This document shows positions 29,461 to 39,700 of a stretch of DNA of 64,000 nucleotides, piece after piece (position 1 is the stretch's first letter; each line of letters starts with the position of its first letter). Source of the stretch: Camelus dromedarius. Lineage: Eukaryota. The notes beneath the pieces are model-generated. The model had not been told where the DNA came from, did not search any database, and was given only the letters and a program-made list of their open reading frames with translations. The DNA lies in assembly GCF_036321535.1 (NCBI RefSeq), contig NC_087437.1, positions 119,600,001 through 119,664,000 of the forward strand, in the 5' to 3' direction. A program made the position numbers and the translations under genes.

Positions 29461-31540
29461 AAAAGTATCCCTGCCCTCTGGGTGCCCAGCCCCTGCCCCC
29501 CTTGCCTTGCAGAAGGAGGAGTGGCTGGGGACAGCGGGCTTGCTCCAAAGCCACACTGGGGCTCTGCTTCCTCCAAGAGAACTCCACCCACCTCAGTGCC
29601 AGAGAGGCATTTCCAGTCACTCGAAAGGAGGCGGAGGGAGCAAGGAAAGGGCCGCATGTTCCCAACTAGATTCCAGCCCACCCTCCCAGGAGTCAGGCAC
29701 CAGCCCTCCAGGAACCTGCTTCCGCCGAGGGCTACAATTGAGAGGTTCCAACAGCTTCCAACAGCCGTGTGAGCATAGATGCTTAGCTCAACCATTTTTA
29801 TTTTCTTTTTGTTTACTTGTAATGTTTGAAATTCAAAAGGGAACTGTTCATCCACTTAAACTCTGTCTGCTTAGATTTTCCTACGACAGGGTCTGTTTAT
29901 GCAACAGTTATGCACTAAAAATATTTATTTCATTTTCATCCCAAGAGTAGCTTTGCAGAGTATCTTAAGACTAATAAAATCACATTCACCATTTTTTACT
30001 TTGCTGACGGTTGCCACTTACTAGCAGCAGGTAGCAAATTCCACAGCCTAACTTTAGAACAAGAATAAAACTCAATGGCCAAAGGGTTTCTGCAACGTGG
30101 AATCTGCGTCAGGAAGCCCCTTCCACCCGGCCGGCGTCGGGAGGCTTCACAACACAGAGAACTGCTGGAACGTCACCTTGTAGAAGCGTCTTCTCCCCCC
30201 CCCCCCGCCCCCCGTCCCCCACCACCACCCACGGACTCACCATTTCCGCAGCAGCCATCACGGAAAGCAGAAACAGTCTCTTTTTTCATTATAAAAGAAG
30301 GCGTGATGGTAAACAGGCCGCCAACCGGTTAGTCCAAGCGGGAAATATTTCCACCAAGTCACTCAGCCTTGTCGGCTGGATCATCGCAGCGAACGGCAAT
30401 GTCGTGGGCCTCTGCGTAACCCAACCTGGAGGGAGCTATCAAGTGGCCGGCGCTGGTAGGGCTGCAGGGGCCTGGAGGGGAACGTGCGGCTGCCTTTACC
30501 TTAATTACTTTACCTTACTTACGGAAGGTAAGCAGACCTTTTCAGAAACTTCACCTAAGGGAGGCTTTGGAACACAGGCACTCCTCTTACCTAAAAGAAC
30601 ACGTCAGCTTACCCAGGGGGCAGGCGATGCTTGGGTGGGGGTCTCCACCCGTCTAACCCAGGCCCAGGGTGAGACCCGCAGCCACTCTGCAGACAAAGGA
30701 TGGGGAACCTGCAGCCAGCGATCTAAGAGACACTTCGCCCTCCATCCCGCAGGGGCCTCTGCATCCCAAGAGGTTTCCACACACAGTGCGGCTTAAAGGT
30801 GCGTTATCAGGAGCGAACACAGGCCTGCTGCGACGGGCAAGGGGGCTGAGCGCCCCTTGGGAAGGGCGGCATGAACGGGAGCGAGGTGAGAATCGTGCGT
30901 TCTTTGTTCAGCAAATGGTTATGGGCCATCTGCTGGGAGCCAGGCATACAGATTCAGAGCAGATGGCAGGGGGGACAAAGCACTCGCCTGTGGCCTCAGA
31001 GGGCGACAAAACCTAGGAAGAGATGAGGCTGGGCAAGGCTTAGGGAGTGATGACACAGGCTGGTGGAGGAAGAAGTGACGTTTCAGTCAAGACCTCGATG
31101 ATGGGATAAAATGGGACTTGTGAGCCGAGGAGGGGAGCGTTGCTCCAAGCATCAGACCATCACGCCAAAGGCCCAGAGGGAAACAATGAGCTGGTGGTAA
31201 CTGAGAAAGTCAAGAAAGCTTATGTGCCTGGCGAGGCTTGAGGGAGTGGGGACCAGGCTGGGAGGCTGACCCCCCGGTGCTAGAGAAGTTGGCTGAGTGG
31301 CTCTGACCAAGAGGCCCGGCACTTGTTTTTTCTCCCTTCCTGCTTTGATGCCGAACAGCCCCCAGGCTTTTCCGTTGCACACCCCCTTCCTGTGCATTCT
31401 TCACTGAGAGCAGCTTTGGCCCTGGGGCTGTGCCCCGGGGGGAGATGACAGGCTGGTGACCTCAGAGGAGTGGGCGGGCCCTCTGGAGTCGCTCCGCGGC
31501 ACCTGGAGGGTTCGCTGGCGCTGGGAGGAGTGCAGCGCCC

Positions 31541-31766
31541 TGTAAAACGCCCTAATCGTTAGCCCCTCTCCGTTCTACCCAGTTTTTCTATAAAACCTCA
31601 AGACCCCAACACCAGGACGGAGTCTCAGCGTCGAAGGCATCATTAGCCTGCTGCAACTCCACTTCGCCTGGCAAAGCAGTAGGCTCTTCTTTTCTGACTC
31701 TCCCCAAACTCTGCCTCCGAGTCTTAGGCCATCTTTTGAGGCACAGAGGCCAGTTTTGCGGCAGCA
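31541..31766 (+). mobile_element. Short or partial ERV1-like LTR
   Basis: CTATAAAA near 31588; U5-like CCCCAAACTCTGCCTCCGAG...CAGAGGCCAGTTTTGCGGCAGCA. Confidence 0.5.
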
Positions 31767-32049
31767 GGCTGATGGGCAGATCGCAGAGGGCCGGGCCCCT
31801 GGAAGGACTCTGGTTTGGTTTGCACGTGAGGGAAAGGCACGGAGGTGCCGAGAGGCGTGGTCGGGACTCACCTGTGTGTGTGCAGCAAGATGGGCGCAGG
31901 GTGGGTGCACAGAGAGCCCGGAGGAGGCTGCTGGGAACCCAGGCCCCGCGGCTGTGACCTGGACCGGGGGCTAGTGCTGCAGGTGGAGATCGAGGGCTGC
32001 GCTGGGGACCGCTGCAGAGCGAGGTGTTGGTGGGATTCACCAATGGCGA

Positions 32050-32541
32050 TGTCGACTGAGAAATTACACAACCGAAAAGCTAAGAATTATGCTTTGTTCG
32101 GAGGACTTTCCGAGGACTCCAGCCCAGGGGGGTGGCCTCTCAGCTCGCTCTGAGGGACAGCTCCAAAGAGGCAGGGGAGGAGCCAGGATACATAGGAGCT
32201 TTGCCAGAAAGACCAGGTAGTCAGAACATCCAAAGATCACTGTTAATTGAAGAAAACCAAATATCTTAAGTTAAGGAATTCAGCTCTTTTCTAGGTACAG
32301 GAAGGTGCAAAGGTCTGAGCTCACTGAAACCACTCCTGTGGTGTGCACCTTAGCTGCCCAGGGCCCATGTCCTGAGTCCCCTCAGGGTGCACGGTAGGGG
32401 TGGCTGCAGAGGCCAGGCTGCCTGCTTGTCCCCACCCTGAGTTCCCTGTGGCTCACCTTCAGGGATGTTGGTACCGGCTTATGACTTGATGGCCACAGCA
32501 TCCCTTGTTTACTGATATGGCTGCAATATTTTTCATTTGCA
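32050..32541 (-). mobile_element. ERV1-like solo LTR, family A copy 4
   Basis: TGTCGACTGA...TTTTTCATTTGCA; homologous to 1719-2669; flanks GCGA/GCAA (CpG decay of a 4-bp TSD). Confidence 0.8.
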
Positions 32542-34255
32542 GCAACAATAGCCAAAGAGATACATTGAGCCAGTCGTGGTTTACTTCAGTCTTGTTTCCC
32601 CGCCTCCCAGCACGTGCCCACACATCTCTCAGTGTCTTTGGGATTTAACACCAGGTAACCTTCAAGCTCGTACATCCCTCCTTTGCACCTTTCCTAACTA
32701 CCCTCTCCAGTCCCTGAAGGAATATTTGCTCTCAAAGACAGTGACAGGAAACTTGGAACTTAATGCTTTATTTGCTTTCACCTGCTTGTTGTGGGTGGAC
32801 CTCCCGACAAGAGCACAGCTCTCGGAGGACAGAGTCTAGAATGGACTCTTAGGGTATCAGGCACGGTAATGAGTGTGCTGTGCACGCCACATATAGGAGC
32901 TGATTGTGAACCAAGGTGGACGAACACTACTGAGCAGACATGCGGACTACCAAAAGCAATCACAAGGTCATACTGACATGTGTTACGTGTTGGCATGTGG
33001 TTCAGATGAGGTCAAAGATCGAGCCAGTTCCCCAGGAGGTGTTAGGAAGAAACCCCTGCAGGTAGCTGACTTCTGTCGCCATGAAGTAGCCTCTCAGAAA
33101 GGTTGCTTACAAATCAATTCCATCAAGCTCAAAATGAAATCTTAAGGAAGCAGAAATCAGTATACTTAGGGCTGGCATCTGATATTTACCACGCTGGTGT
33201 CTTAGGAGGTCTTTGTTTGGAGGTAGGAGAGGGTCATCCTACCTGAGGGCTCCCCTAGGAGCTGGGAAGCCTTAGTGACCCTGTGCGCACAGCTTGAGCT
33301 ACAGGTGTGGTCTGTCTCCACCTTGATTCCTTTAGGGAGTGAGGGGAGGCTTTGGGGGTCAATCACAGTAGAAACTGTCAATTAGGAAGCTTTAGTCTTT
33401 TCACTGTTGGCCTTGGAAGGTAACTTTGCAAGCCAAGAAAAAAGGAATTTAGTTAGGGCATTTCCTGGTTTACGCAAATAAGATTTTTTTAAAAGAGAAA
33501 TTTACATTTTTATAGAAGTACAATTGCTCAAAAAGTGGTTTACTATTACGAAAGAAAAATATGTTTGAGTAGAGGCTATATTTCAGACCCCAAATCTGCT
33601 TTTTTTCCTTTTGTCTACTCTCAGACTTTCAAATTTAAGCTGTATAATTTATTTGATTATAAAATTATTTCATCTTTTGAATTCAAAGGAAAAGGACATT
33701 ATTTTAAAATATAATTTTTACATTTCACATTTAAAGGTGAGATATTGAAAGCTTTCCCTCTGAGATGGGGAGCAACATAAGGAGACACGCTGTATGGACG
33801 TATACCAGACGATTCAGTATTTGCAGCTCAAGCCAGTGCAATAAAACTGGAAGGAGGAGGAGGAGGAGGGGAGAAGGAAAAAGAAAGAAAAAAAATGAAA
33901 AGGAAAAAAGGTGAAGGAAAGAAAGAAGAATGGAAGAATGGAAAGGAAGGGAGAATTTTTAAAAGAAAAGAATATGTACTGGTAAAAAAAGAAATAAAGC
34001 TATTATTATTGTTAGACAAAATTATTTTTGAACATAAAGTATCTTCAAAATTCTAAAGATAAACATTATTAGAATTAGTAAGTAATTCACGTAAAACTTG
34101 TGGATATAAGTGAAATGTAAAATAACATGAAATCAACAGCATTTTGATCTGCAAGTAACAGAGAGTAGGAACATGACATTTTAAAAAGATGTAACTTACA
34201 GTGCATGAATCATAATCAAATATCTAAGAATAATCTCATCAACACTGCACAATGT

Positions 34256-34713
34256 TGTCGAACTGAAGAGGGGAGCCTCACTAAAATGGAGCCGGGAGGC
34301 CAGAAGGGGGAGCTCTCACAGACGCACAGGTAGATGTCATTACAGGAAGAATGGTCAATTACAGACCCAAACAGAAGAATCATCAAAAGGAAAGATCACC
34401 AATGGGCCCCAGTGGGCCCCAACAGGAAAAGATGCATGTTGCCGCTCCTACGAGAAACTGACACCACAGCCACTCAGCCAGTGAGAAACCATCATCACCC
34501 TGAACTCTCACTTTTCCCCATGGACTGAGTCCAAAACAAGCCCTCCCGACTTCCCCACTTCATGCTATAAAAGAATATTCCTCTCTTTTGTTTGTTGGAC
34601 TTGCCTGTGGTTTTTGCCACGCCTTGCTTGTCCTAAATTGCAATTCTCTACTATTCTCGAATAAACCCATTTTTGCTGGTAAAAAAACCTGACTTTCATT
34701 TTTAAGATCAACA
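34256..34713 (+). mobile_element. ERV1-like solo LTR
   Basis: TG...CA termini; TATAAAA at 34566-34572; AATAAA at 34660-34665; TTGCAATTCTCTACTATTCTCGAATAAA R-region pattern. Confidence 0.7.
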
Positions 34714-35053
34714 ACCCGACCTGGACACAGAAAACTGTGTAACAGAACTGAAAGAAAATAAAGAAGCCCTGGTAACTCTATGCCAAGAAATCTGACAACC
34801 TACGTAAAGTTGTCAGATTCCTTGAAAAACAATTTAATAAAATAGATAAAAGTAAAATACTCCTATACCTGTTAAATAAATTAAATCCACAGTTAAAAAC
34901 TCTACCAAGAAAATTTGAGGCCCAGAAGACTTCACTGATAAATCTTTTTAAACACTTAAGAAAGAAATTACACCAACCTTACAAAAACTTGGAGAATTTA
35001 GAAAGAGGTAATACTTCCCAAGTCATTTATGAGGCCAGAATAATGTTGACACT

Positions 35054-35168
35054 TAGGGTGACCAACGGTCCTTGTTTCCCTGGGACTGAGGGGGTTTTCC
35101 TGGGACGGGAACTTTCAGGGCTAAGACCAAGGAAGTCACAGGTACATCAGAATGCGCTGGTCACTCTA
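35054..35168. mobile_element. Small hAT-Tip100 element (MER96-like)
   Basis: Terminal inverted repeats TAGGGTGACCA ... TGGTCACTCTA. Confidence 0.65.
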
Positions 35169-38100
35169 CTGATAACAAATCTGACAAGGAAATTACAAGA
35201 AAGGAAAACAACAGGCTAATTTATAAACATTGATGCAAAAATTTGAAACAAAGCATTAGCAAATTGGTTCCAGCAGTATATAAAAAAAAATAACATATTA
35301 AGACCAAGGAGGTTTCATCTTTGGAAAACAAGGTTGATTTAACATTCAAAAATCAGTTGGTCAACTACCTCATTCATTGAATAAAAGAGGTATGATCACC
35401 TCAATAGATGCAGAAAAAGCATTTGATAAAATTTAATATCCATTAATGAAATTTTAAAACACTTCAGTAAGCTAGGAATGAAAAACAATTTCTCTTATTT
35501 GATAAAGAGTATCTACCAAAAAAATCACTTTTATTCAATATGGTCCTGGAGGTCTTTGCCAGGCAATATGGCAAGAAGGTGAGATAAAGTTTATAAATGT
35601 TAGAAAGTGAGGGGGAAACTGTCACTATTTGAAGGTTACATAATTGTGTACAGAGAAAATCCAGCAGAATCTACAAAATATTAGAATTAACAAGTAATCT
35701 TGGCCAGATTAGTGCATGTGATGTCAATACATAAAAATCAGTTGTATTTCTCCACACTGGCAGCAAGGAAATGGAAACGGAAATTATTCTTAAACAATAG
35801 CATCAAAAACACACAACATGTAGGAATAAACTTAGTGACAGAAGAACCAGATGCTGAAAACTACAAAACATTACCACAGGAAATTACATACATAGAGAGA
35901 TACACCATATTCATGGAATGAAAACCCTAATATTGTAAAATTGATCCACAGATTCACATAATCCCAAAAAAATTTCCAACAGGGCTTTTTTTGGTGGAAA
36001 TTAGCATATTGTTTTTGTTGTCCTTTGGATTCTTTCCCTTTCCTTTTTAAAGATCAATTTTATTGAGGTTAGTTTACGCACTATAAAATGTACCGTGCTT
36101 AGTTTAATCAGTCTTGAAAATCTATACAGCCATATAGTCACCACCAAATCAGGACATAGAACATTTCTGTCATCCCCCAAACCCCTTCATACCCCAGCCT
36201 GGGTCAACCATTTGTCTGCTTTCTGTTTCTATAAATTAGTTCTAGCTTTTTAAAATTTTTATTTAAATAAAATCATGTAATATGCACGACTTCCATGTGT
36301 GGCTTCTTTCAGCCAGCATAATGTTCTTTCAAATTCATCCATGCTGCTGCATCAATCTGCAATGTGTTTCTTATTAGTGGTACGTGTTATCCCAACATTT
36401 GTGTATCCATTCACCAGTTGATTGACATCTGGATTCTCTCCAGTTTGAGTCTTCTCCTGTGAATAAAAGCCACCATGGACATTCATATACAAGCTTTAGT
36501 GTGGACTTACCTCTTCTTTTCTCCCTGGTAAATTGCTACGAGCAGATTGGTCATGTAGCAAATGTATGTTTAACTCAATAGGAAACTGTCAAGATGTTTT
36601 CCAAAATGTTTAGACAATTTTGCATTCCCACCAACAACATATGAGAGTCCCAGTTACTCCACAGCTATGTCAAAACTTGGTATTTCAGTCTTTTCAATTT
36701 TAGCTCTTCTAGCAAGTGTGTTGTGGTATCACATTGCGGTTTTAATTTACATTTCCCTGATGACTAATATATTGAATATCTTTTCACATCCTCATTAGCC
36801 ATTCATGTATCTTCTTTTGTTAAGTGCCATTTAGATCTTTTGCCTATTTTTAAGCTGCATTGTTTTTCCCTATTATTCATTATAAGAATATACACATACA
36901 GATAGACACATACATAATTACATTCTGGATGTAAGTCCTTTGTCAGATGTACATATGATGATATTTTCTCCCGTGCTTGGCCTTTTTATTTTCTTTACAG
37001 TGTCTTTCAGAGAGCAGATGTTTCCAGTTTTGATGAAGTTCAATTTATCAATTTTCTTCTGGTATGATTCATGCTTTTTATGTCCTAAGGAAGCTTTGCA
37101 AACTCCAACATAGCAAAGAGTTCTTCTTTTAGAAAATTTACAGTTTTAGCTCGTGTCCATATCATACATTTTGAGTTAATTTTTGTGAATGATGTGAAGG
37201 AAGGGTTGAGGGTCACACTTTTCCCACATCCATACGCAGCTTTCCAGCACTATTTGTTGAAAATGTTATCCTCTCTCGTATGAATTGCATTGGCCCTTTG
37301 GCTGAGAATCAGTCTTCCTGCACTCTCCAATGTCGCACTGTGGCAACCTGATTTTTAAATTTATATGAAAAATCAAAGGGCCTAGAGGAGCAAGACAATC
37401 TTGAGGTAGATAAAATCAGAGGGCTTAGCACTCTAATAGTTAAAGCAGTGTACTGTAGATATAAAAATGAACAAATAAAAAAAGAGAACCAAACAAGAAA
37501 ACATAATAGACTAGAAACAGACAAATACATGTACAGTCAACTGATTTATAATAAACGCTCTTCTGCAATTCACTTTTCAATGAACAAAGTAGAGGGAAAT
37601 GGATGGACTTTTACCCCTACCTCCCACCACACACAGAGTTAGTTCAAATGGATCGTAGAGCTAAATATGAGCAGTAAACGTGTAAAGCTCCAAGAAGAAA
37701 CCCTAGGAGACTGCCTTCGTCCATGCCAGATTAACAATGATTTCTTGAGCAGGATGCAGAAAGTTCTAACCATAAAAGAAAAGATTGATAAATTAATTTT
37801 TATTCAAATTAAGAAATTTTATTTCACCCAAAGATATTAACAAGCAATTAAAAAAGCAAACCGCAGCCTGGAATAAGTCACCACCTTTAAAGACGTCCAA
37901 CAAAAGACTCATCTTCAGAGTTTCCACAAATTGATAAGAAAAATCAAAGAACCCAATTTAAAAATGGCAGACAACCAGGACAGCCCTTTCCCCAAAGAGA
38001 ATATTCCAACAGCCAACAGCCCGTCTCATGGTGCTCAGTGTCATTGCCACTGGGGGAAATGCAGATTGGAACCACTGTGAGATACCGTGACACACCCAAA

Positions 38101-38487
38101 GGCTGGCTGAAACTAAAAGACTGATAATATCAAGTGTGGGCAAGAATGCAGAGCAGCAGGCGCTCTCCTCCACCAAGGGTGAGATGGGGAGTTGGTACCA
38201 CTGCTTTGTAAAATCACTTGGCAGTTTCTCACAAAGAATGCATGTGTCTGTCCCATGACCCAACTACCTCACCCCCAGATGGGTACCAAACAGAAATGCT
38301 CACATCTGGCCTTCAAAGACATTTATAAGACTGCCTGCTGCAACGAAACAACTGAAAACCACCCAAATGTACGTCAGCCGAGAACTGGAGAAGTAAATGA
38401 TGGTGATTTATCTGATGAAATACAACCCAGCAATCCAGTGAGCTAACTATGGCGACAGGCAGTGATGTGGGTAGATTTCACACACGT

Positions 38488-38574
38488 GGGGTGAGGGGAC
38501 AGCTCAGAGGTGCAGTGCGTGCTTTACATGCACGGGGTCCTGGGTTCAATTCCCAGCACCTCCATTAAAAAAAA
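38488..38574 (+). mobile_element. Short tRNA-derived SINE (camelid type)
   Basis: GGGG..ACAGCTCAG...CATGCACGGGGTCCTGGGTTCAATTCCCAGCACCTCCATTAAAAAAAA. Confidence 0.75.
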
Positions 38575-38785
38575 TTCACATATAATTTTGGGCAAAAGAA
38601 ACCAGACATGAAGGAGGACATCCCCATATTGCTCTGCTTATGTCAAGTTTAAAGATGGGCAGAATTAATACGCAAGGGAGCGCAGTGGCTGCCTTTTTTG
38701 CAGGGAGGGAGGAGAAAAGACCATGAGGCTGGGCGAGGGCCTGGGGGTGACAGGGGCGGTCCTGAGGTTCTGGGGATGTTCCAGG

Positions 38786-38984
38786 GCAGAGCTTCTCAAC
38801 CTTGGCGCTGCTGATGTCTTGGGCGGATCCCTCTCGGCTGTCGTGTGCACTACAGTGTTCTTGTCCTCAGCCCGCTAAGTGCCGGTAGTAAACAACCCCA
38901 CGTCCAGCTGTGACAACCAAAACTGTCTCCAGACGTGGCCAATGGCCCCTGGGGAGGGGCAAAATCCCCCCACTTGAGGACCTG
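38786..38984. mobile_element. MER20-like hAT-Charlie element
   Basis: TTCTCAACCTTGGCGCTGCTGA...GTGACAACCAAAACTGTCTCCAGAC...GGGGCAAAATC. Confidence 0.75.
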
Positions 38985-39587
38985 TTTTATTCTGGTTCCG
39001 GAGGGATTAGGTGTGTGTGCTCACTTTACGAGAATGAATCGAGCCCCAAACATAGGATTTGTCAGCTTTTCTGAATGCATATTAAACTTTAAAAGTTTAA
39101 AAACTTTTTAAAAAGTCAATGAATAATTAAAAGAGCCAAAAATTTTAGAGTTAGCAGAGACAATAGACACACTGTGATTTAATGTCTTGTGCAGGAAAGG
39201 AGACTAGGACCTAGGTGGCTCGGGGTTCTGAGGCCGGTGGGACCCAGCGGAGAACCCCGCCTGGGCTTCCACTCCCCTGCCCTGCCCTGCCCCCTCCGTC
39301 TGAGCCAGATCTGGCATCTCAAGTCCGTGCAAAGGCCAACCCCATGCAGGCCCTGCAGGGACTCAGCTGGGCCTCTGGACCCCAAGCCCCACTGTGGAAG
39401 CGGCGTTGGTGGACCCGACACCTGCGCTCTGCAGAGAGAATTCTGAAAGCCAGAATCTCATGCAAACAGGATATTAGCTTTTGTCAGAAAGATCAAAAAG
39501 GGCTTGAGGTTTTTCTTCTCAGCCTCAGCCTCTCCTGCCTCCCCCTCTCCGGCTTTATCTGCTCTGTTCAGTCTGAAGCAGGAAGAG

Positions 39588-39700
39588 ATGGCCACAGGGG
39601 AGACTCAGCTCTACGCGAAGGTTTTCAACAAGCTCAGGGGCCGCAGCGTCCCCTCGCTCCTGGAGCCCCTCCTGGGGATGGGCTTCCCGGCGCACACCGC
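39588..39700 (+). CDS. UBASH3A: UBASH3A exon 1 coding part (start; UBA domain)
   Basis: GAGATGG start; 113 nt; MGF at 39678-39686; donor GC|GTGAGT. Confidence 0.96.

Larger units (their letters stand above)
33720..38700. mobile_element. Cluster of old L1 fragments: plus-strand pieces interrupted by a minus-strand L1M at about 36050-37310, an LTR, a hAT element and a SINE
   Basis: A-rich degenerate ORF2-like sequence (e.g. TCAATAGATGCAGAAAAAGCATTTGATAAAAT) and a T-rich antisense block. Confidence 0.8.
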
